Under the pieces are notes generated by a model. The model saw nothing but the letters and a program-made list of their open reading frames with translations. It did no database searches and was not told where the DNA came from. From Vairimorpha necatrix (taxonomy: Eukaryota): a DNA stretch of 64,000 nt. The position numbers and the translations under genes were made by a program. The DNA lies in assembly GCA_036630325.1 (NCBI GenBank), contig CP142737.1, positions 806,001 through 870,000 of the forward strand, written 5' to 3'. Below are positions 1-13,720 of the stretch, piece after piece; position 1 is the stretch's first letter, and each line of letters starts with the position of its first letter.

Positions 1-1052
1 CTCGGATGAATTCCTTTAATCCAAAACCATACGCCAACCAAAAATTGGGTTTATGTGTTGATTTTTTTTCAAACATACAGGCGAACAATGGTATCGATAT
101 GAGCCTGAAAATTACGGGAGTGACGAACCCAATGACAGTATAATAATTTTTTATACAGATTCGGCTATAGTAAAATTGGCTCTATATGACGTGTGGGCGA
201 TGGATGGGACCTTACGGTGGTTCCAATTTCATATTTTCAACTTTACACAGTAGTTTTATCCGTGATGCGCACGTATTTCCTATAATATTTGCAATTTTGA
301 AAGAAAAAAGTTTTGAAACCTATTGTTTTTTTTTGTTTCAAATGTTAATGAAAAGGTTTCCAGAGCTCAACCCAAAGTTAATAAACCTGATTTTGAGTAT
401 GCTGCGATAAGAGCATTTTCTATAGTTTTCCCGAATTGTCAAATTTCAGGTTGTCTTTTTCACTTAGCTCAGGCTATTGTTAGGCGTGTTAAAAGTTCAG
501 GACTTTCTTCTGTTTACACATGTTTACCTATGATGAAAAAGTTTGTTTTGTCTCTTACGGCACTTGCATATGTTGAATATGACGAAATATTGTCTACTTT
601 TTTGGAACTAAAACAAGACAGAAATTTTCCTGAATGCTCGACTGAGTTATATTGCTATTTCTTTACAAATTATATTGATTTAGGATGCCGTTTTCGCGAA
701 TTTGTGGCACACGCGAAATAATATGGATATAGATTTTCCAAGAACGAATAATGCTATTGAAGGTTGGGTAATACCTTTAAAAACACATTTGGTACTAGTC
801 GCTACAGTTTTTATCAATTAATGAGCAAGTTAAAAAATGAAGAAGATATAGTTAGAATGAAGATATTCCAACAAACAGTTTTAAATCATGTTTTCGAACG
901 TAAACAAGAATACATAGATAAAAAGATTTAAATAGCTAATTTTTTGAATAAAACTGTGGATGAAGGGTTTGGTGCAGATTTTGTCTTTGAAATTATTGAA
1001 ATATTAAAGTTTCATTTTTATTTTTTTCGCCACAAGTTTCGTTCCGGTCACC
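1..1052 (+). mobile_element. Decayed MULE (Mutator-like) DDE transposase, truncated by the window edge
   Basis: Frameshifted pieces carry MULE motifs: WAMDGT (~195-210), FPIIFAILKEKSFETY, DFEYAAIRAF..FPNCQISGCLFHLAQAIVRRV (ORF 323-721) and RTNNAIEGW (~740-768). The right end is approximate. Confidence 0.8.
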
Positions 1053-1310
1053 GTTTAATCATCTATACGACAACGATGAAAATATAGTAGCATATTATAA
1101 CTTATTTAACACTATTGATAAAATAGAATCTATATTAATAAGAATTTAATAATTTATAGCTATAAAACACTACTTGACTTCAGAATGAAAACATAAAAAA
1201 TAATAGATTGAAGACAGGAAAATAATATAAAAAGAAGTGCTATGCAAATATTTGATATTTAGTATGAAACATACTACTAGTCTTTGAAACTATACTAATA
1301 TTTGAAAAAA

Positions 1311-1517
1311 CTATACAGATTTATTAAAAGGAGTGTCATTTTCTGAATAAAAACAGCAGTTCTTTCTGTTTCCGGATTTCATCGTGATAACTACAGAAGG
1401 TTGCGATTCTTTTGTATTTTCATTCGTAGTTTCAATAGTATTGTCGCTCTTTGATGCCGAAGAAATAGCAAATACTTGAAGAATAATACTTAACAAAGCA
1501 CCAAATGAAAGTTTCAT
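1311..1517 (-). CDS. Small putative secreted protein (68 aa)
   Basis: TTTACCCCA precedes the ATG at 1517 (CCC motif). The hydrophobic N-terminus MKLSFGALLSIILQVFAISSAS is followed by a T/N/E-rich linker and a Cys-containing C-terminus. Confidence 0.6.
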   Translation of the reverse strand: MKLSFGALLSIILQVFAISSASKSDNTIETTNENTKESQPSVVITMKSGNRKNCCFYSENDTPFNKSV

Positions 1518-1786
1518 TGGGGTAAATTGAATTTTTTCTTTTATAGACAATTAATGTAAACAAACAATCTACTATTAAAAATTTACATCTATTAAAAATA
1601 AGGACAATAAACAGTCAAAAGGTCCTTTACAAAATAACATATTAAAATAAGATAGAAGTAGTAAACAAACAAACAATTTTTTAAAAATTGAAGTAGTAAA
1701 CAAACAAACATCTTTTTGCAAATGTCAAAATTTTTAATAGTATAATCAGGAAGCAAACAATAATTTTTCTTTTTAGATGTCAATTT

Positions 1787-3886
1787 GACCAATTTCCACT
1801 TTACGCCTCCCTACATATATAAATACCAATTTTTAAAAAATATCCCTTTTTTTGAAAAACCAAAATGTAAAAAAAGGAGGGGAAAATAAATAATTTATAA
1901 AGTAGAAAAAATAGTTTTATTAGGAGAAAGGATACTATTAGCCCACGCATTTAGGGCGCTACGATTTTTTTTCGAACCCCAAAAATGAAGTGCAAAAAAA
2001 GGAGGAGAAAGTAGGGGACAAAAAATACTGACCACTTTCGATAGTTAAAATTCTTAATAATAACATAAAACGACTTCTCTAAATTTTTAAACCACGTTTT
2101 ATCCTTTCTTTGGGTTTCAATATATGATTTACATTTTAACAATTTATAAAAATTTCTTAAATTCTTAATAAATAATTCTCTTTAAAATGATCGAGAAGTA
2201 CAAAAATATCGAAGTAATCATAGATGCATTATTAGAAATTAAATTAACCACTATTTTTTGTCCACTTTGGATTGGTAATTTAAAAAAGATGCAAAAAACA
2301 TCAAATAAACTCATTTGTTCAACAAGAACTTGTAGAAAATATATTATTATTACAAACGAAAAGCATTTTTCAACTCACGATTACCATGGTTAAAAATATG
2401 TCAAGGGATTTTTTTGTTTATTGATAATAACCTTTTAAAAATATAAAAAATATATAATCTATAAGTAGAAAAACAATTAATGCAATTATTAGTGATGTTA
2501 GCAAAAAAGTCACGGTAACAAGAAGATTGGAGGACCAGGTATCATTGTAGAGATTGACGAATCTAAATATACAAAAGAATTACAATAAAGGACACAAAGT
2601 TGAAGGTGTTTGGGTACTTGGAATGGTCGAAAGGACAAAAGAAGGGGGTATAGTCTTACTTAAGGTAAAAAATAAGAAAGCTGAAACTTTGGAAGGTTTT
2701 ATCAAAGAGTACGTACTGCCTGGCTCCATAATCTATACAGATTATTGGAAAGAATACTAAAATCTATCAAAAATATAAATATATGACCACTAGAGGTCTA
2801 TAATTCAATCGGTTTTGTAAATCCAATTGATGGAGTCCATACAAATACGATCGAAGAAACTTGGTCTGCAATAAAAAGAGTAATACCGATAAAAAATTGA
2901 ACAGAAAATGATATAAATTGCTTTTTAAATATTTTTGCATTCAAAAAAAACAATTTATATAACCCCGTACTAATTTTATAAAAAAAAGTTTTAACTATAA
3001 AACTTGGTTTAAAAATTAGATTAAAGTCGTTTTATTTTATTATTAAGAATTTTAACTATCGAAGTGGTCAGTATTTTTTATCTTCTACTTTCTTCTCTTT
3101 TTTTAGCAATTCATTTTCGGGGTTCGAAAAAAAAATTGTAACGTCTCAAATGCTTGGGCTGATAGTTATCTTGAGCCGTTTTATTTAGTTCTAATTTAAT
3201 CATATTATATGTAAAACATAAGATAAAACTGATTTAATAATTAATTTTTCTAAATTATGGTCAAATAGATGTTAAATACATTAAATATATTATTATTTTA
3301 TGTCATTATAATTAGATTCTAATGCTTATAATAATGTTTTAATTATTTTTATGCTGTTTAAAACAGATTTTTTTTGTTATGATAATTTTTACTATGCATA
3401 AAAAATTGGTGTTTTTGTTAATTTATTAGTTTTTATAGACCAACGAAGATTCAAAATCTCATATTTATGTTCTTTAAATCATTCATATGTATTATATAAC
3501 ATAAAAATTGTAAGCTATAGTAAAAAAAAACTGGCATACGATTATTTTCATAAATTAATATTAATATATGATTTTACTCAATTTTAATTTATGACATTAT
3601 AATTTAGTTGCGTATAATGTTCATTATAAATACAATAATATTTCTTATTTTTATCAGAAAATTTTTATAAGTACAGATTTAATCAAGTGTAAAGTAAAAT
3701 GAAGAAACAAAAAGAAATTAAAAAACGAAAAAATAATTTGTTTATTTTTAGTTATTTTCTTGTTTTATAAATTTTTTTTTTTGAGATTTTCTCCTCACGT
3801 TCTGCCCGCTTTGAATTTCAAAAATCAGTGAAATTTTTTAAAAATTGGTATTATATATGTAGGGGGGCGTAAAGTTGAAATGCTCC
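1787..3886. mobile_element. Outer TIR DNA element (Merlin-like, non-autonomous) with an 8-bp TSD
   Basis: Imperfect ~50-bp TIRs (gaccaatttccactttacgcctccctacatatataaataccaatttt vs reverse complement of aaaattggtattatatatgtaggggggcgtaaagttgaaatgctcc). The direct repeat GTCAATTT flanks it at 1779-1786 and 3887-3894. Confidence 0.75.
1930..3170 (+). mobile_element. Merlin (IS1016/ISXO2-like) transposon with a decayed transposase, nested in the outer element
   Basis: Long imperfect TIRs (about 1930-2095 vs 3003-3170). Transposase motifs: IGGPGIIVEIDES, GHKVEGVWVLGMVER, LPGSIIYTDYWKEY, GVHTNTIEETWSAIKR. The N-terminal Cys motifs are CPLW and CSTRTC. Stops and frameshifts are present. Confidence 0.88.
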
Positions 3887-6800
3887 GTCAATTTTTTTAA
3901 GGAAATAGCATAAAAAATAAAATGTCTTCTATTGAAATGTGGGATATACAATGTAGATATAAAATGAAAGGAGCAAGTTTATGCTTCCTGGCATTAGTAA
4001 AACCAGATACACATTTTAAACACTTAAGCTATAAAGGGGTTTGAAAGTTTCTGTTTGATTAAAAACTTTTAAAAAAGCATTTTTTCATGAATATAATGAT
4101 TTATCTGAATTACATTGTTCTAATATATACATCGTAAAAAAAAATACTATCTACAATAATAAATACTTAAGTTTATTTACACATTGCATTTCAACATTGG
4201 TTAAATATTCTATGGTGGGGCATATTACAATTTATGATTGTATAAAAATGTCAACAAAGTTTCTACGTATATGATAAACGTTATAAACAAACGGTACCAT
4301 TGTCTTTACTTTTTAGTAAAAAATTATTACTTATTGAGATAACACCCAAACTAACCAATTCTATAACATAGTTTCCTCATTGGAATCATGGAAAGAATAC
4401 TAGATTTTTATATTGTAATTATTGTGTCTTCATCTGTTTTTTAGACCATTTTTTTCATAGAGTTGATGTTAATCGACTATTATTTATATATGGATCAAAT
4501 ACAATTTGAAATATGGTAAATAAACGTTATCGTTGATAGCAGGAACAAAACCAATTTATATCAAATTATAATATTCATATTTTACTAAAGCAGATAAATA
4601 TTATGTTGGACAAAACCACTAATTTTTTTTTCTATTTGATGACGTCCATGATTGTCCATTTAACTGTCAAACGATCCTGGCATTTTTAAATAGATAACAT
4701 ACATATAAAAGCATAGTTAAACTAATAACACACCCATAAAACCTTCGGGCAAATATTCTAGTATTCTTGGTTGTCCTTTGCTTGATTTTAACTATGTTCT
4801 AATATTCATTTTTTGTTTATAACCAAAAAAATCGAAATTTTGATGTAAATCAAAAATTGTTATTTTTTAATTAAAGGCTATCTTAGATTTTTCTATATTT
4901 ATCTCGTTTATGTTGTATTGTAAAATAAATTGTTTAGCATGAAGAAAATTTTAGATTGTTAAAAAGAGTGAAAATTTTTGCTACATATAATGGTATAAAT
5001 TTATATATGTATCTACAATAATATTTGATTAGTTTTTGATGTAATTAAAAAAATCTATCCTCTCTTTTTATGTAAAAAAGCAATAATTACATATCCAGGA
5101 TCCTCAAGTCTGTGATTTTTTTTCCATATTAATGAAAAAATCGAAATTTTGTAAATAATTTACATTTTAATATTTACTGTCAAAAATTTGTAATTCAGTT
5201 GGTTTTTATGCAAATTCCCCACTTACAGTTAAAAAATCACAGACACTGTTGATTAAACTCAAATCTAATATATAAACTGCTATTATGATAATGAATTTAT
5301 ATTTTATTAGAAAAGTAATTGTTTAACTATTAGTTTTTATCAAATTGATATTTTTGATAATGTGTAATGACTTAGAAATATATATGATGATCGTTGGAAG
5401 CTTAATATTTTTAGGATATTTTAGATATTTCATGTGTTTATTGAATGATAATTTTAATAACCTTTCAAATGAAGAGTTAAAACGTACAAATAATTGATCT
5501 AGATACTATAATATGCGGCTTCCGGTTATGATAGATCGTATTAGTTATTTAAACCATAACTCAAATTTTAATAATGATATGGAATGTAAATGTGATACGA
5601 TTGTATAACTTTTATTCAACAATCTTTTTGTTGGTTTGTTTGTAATCATAGAAATCTCCCCACAAAATATTATTAAATATCACTGTACAAAATATTTTTT
5701 TAAAATCTTTATCTTTATACAAATTATTTTTGATTTTACCTCAAAAACTTTTTAAAGAAGATTTAAGTTAATTCAATAAAATATATTACAATGTATAATG
5801 TTGATTTTAAACATATTTAAAAATTTATATCTAAGGGTGAAATGAATTGTAATGACACCAAAAGTTCTTTTAGAGATTATATAATTTATATTATAAGACT
5901 ATTTTCATTTTTTTGCCGATATTTTTGAGTCAGAAACCATAGAATATAGGTTTTTGGAGCAATATGTGCTTATTTCCACAAATATAGAAGCTTGATAACC
6001 ACATAGGTGTAAGAGTTTATGTTAAAATTACTAAAATATGTATATAAAAATTTTTTACACGTTCGGCGTAGTATAATACTATCCCAATGAATATTGAAAA
6101 TATCTAAAAAAGGTCCTTTCTAATTTAAACTTTTATTGTGCACAATTTTCACTTAACCTACAAACAAAAACCTCGTTTATTATTTAATGGGATGCAGCGC
6201 AAGAATTTACCGAGTTGACCCTGTATCATGGTGGTAAAGATTTGTTTTTGCTATATAATGACATTTTTACAATAATTTAACTTTATTATTAAGATTTATA
6301 GAAATATAATTACTTTAATATTCCACATGTTTAGTATATATTGTATGTATCGAGAAAAAATGATTATTAAAAAGCAGATGTACGGTTTTAAAAAAAAATT
6401 TTTTTGACACAAGGTATTTTATCTCTATTTAAGCTTAGAATCTGAATTATGTTGGGAATGGGGCTAAAGATATTATTAACATAGTTTTTTGAAGTTATCG
6501 ATAATTTAAATTGCTTCAGTTATTGTTAACTTTGGTCACGTTTATTAAATTTAAATTTACTGTTAAACTGCGTCACATTGTATCATATTTATTTTATAAT
6601 ACTCTGATTTTAAACATTAAATAAAACTTTTACAGATATTCGACGGTGAAAACTAATAATTTCCAAGAAAAATTATTTAGACATCTAATGACTATATATA
6701 TTCTTATCAGAGAAACATTGTTATAAATAAATCGGCGGAACTGATAACCGGGACTCAACTTTAATCATAAATATTATTTTACAAAAAATCTCTTTTTTAA

Positions 6801-7952
6801 TTCGAAGAAAAATCATTGATTAAATATTTTTTTAAAATTACAAGAGAATGTTCTGAATTTTTTTATAATAACATATAGATGCTAGAAACCAACATAGATT
6901 TATAATGTTTTATTCTTTAAATATTCTGACCTATGCTCTATTGTCTATCTTTTTATATCAAAGAAATTTTTTTTAGAATTTTCAATAATTAAATTTATAT
7001 TTAAAAACAGATAAAATCGATGGTAAATTAGGCACAAAAAAATTACTATCAGTAAAAGCTTTACGATTTATGAATATCAACAATTTCATTGACAAATATG
7101 ATATAAAAATTCATAATGTTAATACTAATTTATTAATCTAGATGCGACGTAGAATTATATATATAAAGGATTTCGTTGAAGTTATTATAATTATTTTGAT
7201 TTATGCACAATAATTTTTCTATTCGGAAATGTATCTTTACATTAAGTTATTACAGATAAATAAAAATATGAAGAAAACCCTTATTTTCATTCGCTTTCGT
7301 GATACTTAAAATTTTAAAGATGATACAGAAAAACATTTGATTGCCATTATTTTTTCATACTATGTATTTTTAGTACTAATATATACCTTCACTATAGAAA
7401 ATCGAATAAAAATTAATAATATCTTTAAATGGGATTTAACTCTTGCACATATTTATATCGAACGACTTGATGCGGCTTTGCGCTGCGATCCTTAAGTTGT
7501 GACAATGCATGTATTACCTCATGCCTATAAAATTAACATCCAACGGCACAGAACTTTATACCAAACAATATTTAGATATATTTCGGCAATATAATATAAA
7601 AATTTTAAAAATAAATTACTGGCGGACATTTTAGTAGTAGACAAATTTAAGATATAAATTAATTCTAGATTTAACGAAGCATGTTATAAAAATTGACCGT
7701 GATAGAGACGGTAGGGATATAAACACGACTGTTGGCAAATATAATGTCTCTCTGATACTTCAAATTCAAGTGAGATTTTGCGGGATCACTCGTAACGGAA
7801 AACAAACCTCAAAAATCCTCACACACTACAGATCATTGATATAGACAATTATTAAAGTAATATTGTATTGAAACCATAATAATGATGCATCCTAGATGAG
7901 CACAGATGACATGGACTTATTACTGATCAGAAATGATGGTATGAATACAAAG

Positions 7953-10900
7953 TGTTGATAAATTTTCAAATATTTTATATTTTGCCCCTAATTTTATGAA
8001 CAATAATAATAAACATATTAACATAGTGAGAATGAGATAGAACCATCGAATAAACAGATACATAGAAAGAATATTGTAAATGAGACACGAAGACTTGAGT
8101 TGATATCCTTCTTTAAGAATATGGAGTAAAATAAAGATTGAGTGGATTGTAAATAGAGCCAGTTACAATTTGATAGATTTGCACTACGATTTTATTAAAG
8201 ATCGTGAATAAATTAGCTATGTGAAATAGGGACAGATTGTTTTAGGTGTATTCGGAAGTAAAACATTGTCTTTGGTAAAAATTTACCTAATGAAGCAGGA
8301 CAAAGACAAAAGCATTAATTAGTACATCTAAAATGTAAAGTCTTTATCGCAATTGTTTAAACTTAACAAGAAGAAGTAATTGAGATTATTACAGGTGTGA
8401 TAAGAGACGAATTTGGAAGAGTAAATCATTTTTTGAAAATAAGTTGATCTTTAGATGAAAAAATTATTAAAAAGTTGATAATTAATAAAGAAGAATGTTT
8501 AGAAGAAATAAAAAGAAAAGAGGAGATGTAACACTTACTCAAGAAACTTGAAATTTTAAAAATCGAAACAAATTAACAAGCAATTAAATGCTACAATTGT
8601 AAAAAATTTGAAACTGTCGTATGAAAACAAATTACAATCAACAAAGAAGTAAGAAGGAGAAAAATTAAGCACTGAACTATCAGACATCATTAAAAAAAAG
8701 AAAATTCAGTTTATTTTTATGGACAAGAGATTTATATTATTTTTGCCACTGGATCAACTTACAACTTTATCAGTAACGCAGTGGCTGCAAAGTTTAATCT
8801 ACCATTTTAATGAAATTCCGAAGAGCAGTATTTGAGGCCTGCCTTGATGAGCCTTTCATTTTAAACAACTATACATTCATGAATTGACGTTCAAAGACCA
8901 AGTAAATCGTTATAAATTTTTTATTTTACCTAAAGTGAGAATTGAGAAGAATTGATCGGAAAAATGGAATGAGAGAGATGATGGAAAAGAAGATGGTGGT
9001 TTTGTATCGAAATTAAGACGGAACCGAGTAAAAAAGTAGTAGAGCCCGTATATACATTGTCAAATAACATGAAAAGGGCGTTGAAAAAGCGATTCAAAAG
9101 ATTTTAAGCAAGGAATACATTCAGGAGTCTAAGTCTACGTGGCTTAATAATCTTCGGCCGATAATAAAACCAGATGGTTCTATTCGAGTGACTACAAATT
9201 AGTAGCGTTAAATAAAATAATTGAACTTGACAGGTTTTCCCTCCCCAGAATAGACGAGATTTTATACAATTTGCGTGGAATGAAATTTTTCTCAAAGTTA
9301 GACCTGGTAGATGTTTTTTTCAAATTATGTTGGTGGAAAGAGATAGATTCAAGACAGCATTTAGATTCAAACATAGACTGTATGAATGGAAGGTGATGCC
9401 ACAAGGATTCAAAAATTCACCTGCAATATTCCAAAGGTCCATGGATTTTGCACTTAAAGAAGAAATAGGAAAGAGTTGTTTTGTTATGTGAATGATATAT
9501 TAATTTTTGGCAGAGATGAAAAGGAAATCATGAGGCATATAAAAGAATTAGAGAAGCTTAATATAGAAACAAGCTTAAAATAAATGAAGACAAATCTAGT
9601 TTTAGACAGCGTGAAATTGACTTTTAGGACACCATATAGAAGAATAAGATACTCCCGTTAGTTAATAAATCACAAGGAATAGAAGATATAAAATCGCCAA
9701 GGGATAAGCAACAGCTACAGGAATTTTTAGGAACTATTAACTATTATAGAAAATTTATTAAAGACTGCTCCGGTATATGTAGTCCGCTGTACAAATTATT
9801 AAAGACAAGAAACAGTTCATTTGAACAGAGGAAGAAGAGAAAATTTTTAAAGAGATTATAGAGATTTTCAAAACGAACATTGGATTATTTAAACCAGATT
9901 ATACTAAAAATTTTATTTTGACAACTGACGCTTCTAAGTATGGAGTCGCGGCAGTACTTAGCCAGATTATTGATAGAGAGGAGATACCCATTGCGTTTAC
10001 TTCTAGGAAACAAAAAGGTCATGAAATTAATTGCGTATTACCGAGAAAGAGTGTTTGGCAATATTATCGGGCATTGAAAATTTTAATCACTTTTCATATG
10101 GAGCGAACTTTGAGATAATTACAGATCATAAAAGATTAGAAGTACTAATAAAGGAGAAATAATTTTCCCGAGAACTCAAAGATGGTTAGATAGAATGTCT
10201 AGATTTTGCTTTAAGGTGACGTACAGACAAGGCAAAGACAATTCCCACGTAGATTGTTTGAGCAGAAATTTTGATGTTCGTTGAAGATGAGGAAATAATG
10301 GATGATAGTAAACAACTGGAAGAAGACAAAGAAAACAGAAAGGATATAGAAATCAAGAAGTATGGGGTTGAAGAAAAAGAAATTGTGCGAGCTATTCATT
10401 TAGAACTATTATATATTAGGAAACATTCATTAGAGTATGAAATTACAAAAAGAGGACTCAAAATTAATAATGTAGAAAAACCAGTTAAGGAAGTAGTAAA
10501 TGAATGTGAGATATGTTGTCAATATAATTCAAAAAAGAAAAAAAAGTTTATTTTTGTTACGGCGTTTGAAAGAGGAGAAAAGGTTGCGGTGGATATAATA
10601 GGCCCAATAGGGAAGCAATATATTATATCGGCTATTGATTATTTTACTAGAGAAGGTTTTGCAAAAGTTCTTAGTTCAAGAAACGATGAAAAGGTAGTAA
10701 GATTTGTAAAAGAAGTCAACGAAAAGGTTAAAGTAAAAACGCTTATATTAGATCAGTCAAAAGAAAATTATTGTAAAAGGATGTCAATTTTTGTAAGCAT
10801 CATAATATTGAGTTACATTATACGTCTCCCCATTATCACCAATCCAATGGTAGAGTAGATAGATGAAATCGAACACTACAAGATCTAATTTTTAAGAATA

Positions 10901-11341
10901 AGGAAGACAGTTTTTATAAAACGAAGTTAAAAAGAGCTATAGAGATTTACAACAACACATTTCATACTGGAATCTTAATGACTCCCTAAGAAGCAACCTT
11001 GTTAATTGTACAAGAAAACTAAGACAGATTCAAATGGAAAATATTATATATATTAAAAAGAATGGATAAGATGAACAAGAACATTTTTTTAGCCAGGGAA
11101 GGTTGTATTAATCAGACAAGAAGGAAATAGAGGAATATGTTGCCCTAAGTTTAAGGCTTGAGGATGTGTTTATAAATCTTTAAAAAATAATGCGTATATA
11201 ATTGAGATAAAAAAAAAGACACGCTTCTCAGTTAAAGAGTTTAGTTGATGAGCCAACTTTGTAGAGGAAGATGTTGATATATTTTTAAATATTTTAAATG
11301 TAACCCCTAATTTTAGGATTAGAACAATTAAAACATTAACA
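7953..11341 (+). mobile_element. Ty3/gypsy LTR retrotransposon, complete but pseudogenised
   Basis: LTRs at 7953-8023 and 11272-11341 (TG...CA), 5-bp TSD CAAAG and PPT gtagaggaaga. Fragments: Gag knuckle KCYNCKK, protease FATGSTYNFI, RT LPRIDEIL / MPQGFKNSPAIFQR / YVNDILIF, RNase H LTTDASKYGVAAVLSQ, integrase CEICCQ / VAVDIIGP / IDYFTR / QSNGRV, terminal HASQLK. Confidence 0.92.
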
Positions 11342-11628
11342 CAAAGTAATAAAAATCTAAGTCTTGATGTCGTAATATAAGCGTATTCTACGAAAATATA
11401 AAAAGAATGAAAGTAATTGCAAATAATTAAGCATTACACTCTTACTTGTTGATAGTTATTAACTAAGCATCTAAAAATAAAAACTATATTATATTTAAAT
11501 AATTATACAAAATAAATAAACCATGTTGAATGTAAAAAACATGTTTGATCCCTAGATATATTTTATCATCTAATATATTTATTATAAATTGATCTTTTTT
11601 GTTTAAACAGTAGAATTTACCCCACTAA

Positions 11629-12444
11629 ATGATTTATTTTAAATTTTTTTTATCATTCATAAAAGGTTCTTTGTTTCAAGAATCAATCGACAATTTTGAT
11701 TTATCTTTATTTGACAATAAAGTAAAAATTGAAAAAAATGTCGATCAAGAACCCTTAACGTATTCCCATCGATTGCCCAACTCCCATATTGATATAAAAA
11801 GTCATGAAGGCATCAAGTCCGAGTTTCCTACTAAAGTATGTGTGTCTAATAATGAGAACAAGCATATAGTAGAAAATGAAGGTTGTGCGTTAACAAGGCT
11901 ATTGGATTATAAATCATGTGCGAACATTTTATGTGATTTCGAACATCAACTTTTGAACATTGTATCAGGAAAAGGGGACAAACTAATTAGTAGTCCTTCA
12001 TCTGCCGAATGTAAAATGTATGAAAACTTGACATTTCCGTTGAGCGATTTAAAGATATTTATTAATAATCTTTTACGTAATATTTCAATAATTCCAAAAC
12101 AAGAAATTGATGATAGTAAAAATAATGATCTTATTCAATGGCTAGATTTATTAAAAAATTTAATTTTATTTATTAGCAGATATGATGATATTAATCCAGA
12201 TTCTCATAAAGTTCCTGCAGATACATTACTTAAAGTTAAAAGAAATAATAAAATTTTGGAAATATTGGAAATTATTAATGTACAATATATAATTAGTAAA
12301 ATCGAGAGTATCGCCGACAAAAATAAGATTGAATCTCTGTTTATTATTAAAAATGAAATTGACGTTTTATATTTAAATATAAATATTTATAAAAAGAGAT
12401 TGAATTTGATATATATTTTCTTAGTTGGACAGTTAATTTTTTAG
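11629..12444 (+). CDS. Hypothetical protein (271 aa), possibly secreted
   Basis: Long ORF in AT-rich DNA, TTTACCCCCACTAA before the ATG, and a short hydrophobic N-terminus (MIYFKFFLSFIKGS). No recognised domain. Confidence 0.65.
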   Translation: MIYFKFFLSFIKGSLFQESIDNFDLSLFDNKVKIEKNVDQEPLTYSHRLPNSHIDIKSHEGIKSEFPTKVCVSNNENKHIVENEGCALTRLLDYKSCANILCDFEHQLLNIVSGKGDKLISSPSSAECKMYENLTFPLSDLKIFINNLLRNISIIPKQEIDDSKNNDLIQWLDLLKNLILFISRYDDINPDSHKVPADTLLKVKRNNKILEILEIINVQYIISKIESIADKNKIESLFIIKNEIDVLYLNINIYKKRLNLIYIFLVGQLIF

Positions 12445-12979
12445 TAATAAAATAATTGTATATTTGGTTTTTTATATTTTTAATCTCTATAAATATTGTA
12501 TTTGGCTTAGATAAAAATTCAAAATCATAATTTAAACTCTTTTCTCTCATAGTTTAGCGAGTAAAGAGCTTATGTTGTCAAATAATGCAATATTTTAATG
12601 TATATTCGCAGTGATTTGACCTGAAACATCTTTTCAACTTTTTCACATGTCAGTAAAATCTTCGTTAAAAATTCTCTTCAAAGCTTAGAACAGGCTAGAT
12701 CTTTCATGGTTAACGGCTCTCCAAGATGATATAATCAGTTATCGTACACGGACCCAATTTTGGTAGAAAATTCGTTTTGCGATTCTATACATATTCAAAG
12801 TTAAATCTTCGGCCATGAGCACTTGTCATTTTATCTGATGTTGTAAAAATATCTATGAAAGAGTATTATTTTTATAAAATTCATACTAAAATTTTTCTTC
12901 TAGTATTAAATTACATTATAAATTTATTTTTGAAATGATTTTTGCTTTAAGCATTGAAAACATAAATTATCATCATTGA

Positions 12980-13720
12980 AGTATGACAAGACGGTAAGCT
13001 CACCTCTGCTACTTGCAAGACTAAAACATATTCCGTAGAAAATCTAATAAAACAGTGGAACACCTAGCGTTCAGATGCGAAAAAAGTTAGGATCAGATTA
13101 CACAGGAAACACAATGATGGCTTAACATGCATTCACATGTTACTGCGCAAAAATACAAACTAAAGCCGACAAAGAAACTCAAGGGTCATTTTATCCAGGA
13201 AGTAATTGCAAAATTGACTTGAAATGAGAACAGATCATTTATTAAGACAGATATAAAGATTAAACACCACAGACCAGCTCTTGTAGTTAGATTCAGAAAA
13301 AAAGAAAGAAATGCATATAATTAAAATCGGGATCACCTCAATCGATAATTTTAAGCTACGGAACTTAAGAAGCTTAAAAAATGATATTCTTGCCAATAAA
13401 TTGTCAATGATGTTTGGATTTAATGTAATATTGTTCAGCATGCATTAAAATCGAACGGCGAATTACGAAATATCATGAAATGCAACGAAGAAGGCTTGAT
13501 ATACCAATATTCATCGAGGAGTATATCCGGTCTCTTGCTCCATAGAAGACTCTTGAAAGTTTATCTGTAGAATATATATAGATCAGGAGATCTCAGGAAT
13601 GATTAGTAAAGACGAAGACAGAGAGTCTAATCATCTCTATTCATAAAAGGTGCATATGAGACTGTTAATCTAAGAATGGAAAAAATGCTTCATTTGATGT
13701 ATTTAAGTTGAAGCATGAAT
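12980..13720 (+). mobile_element. 3' remnant of a non-LTR retrotransposon (zinc knuckle plus restriction-like endonuclease)
   Basis: Decayed motifs: C..CK, EHLAFRCEK..GSDYT..HND, IKHHRPA(D)LVV, IGITS, DILANKL, TKYH...LDIPIFIEEYIRS...KTLESLS. Confidence 0.75.

Noticed and set aside
3900-7900. Patches with decayed coding-like texture
   Set aside because: No ORF of 60 aa or more and no motif I could assign with confidence.
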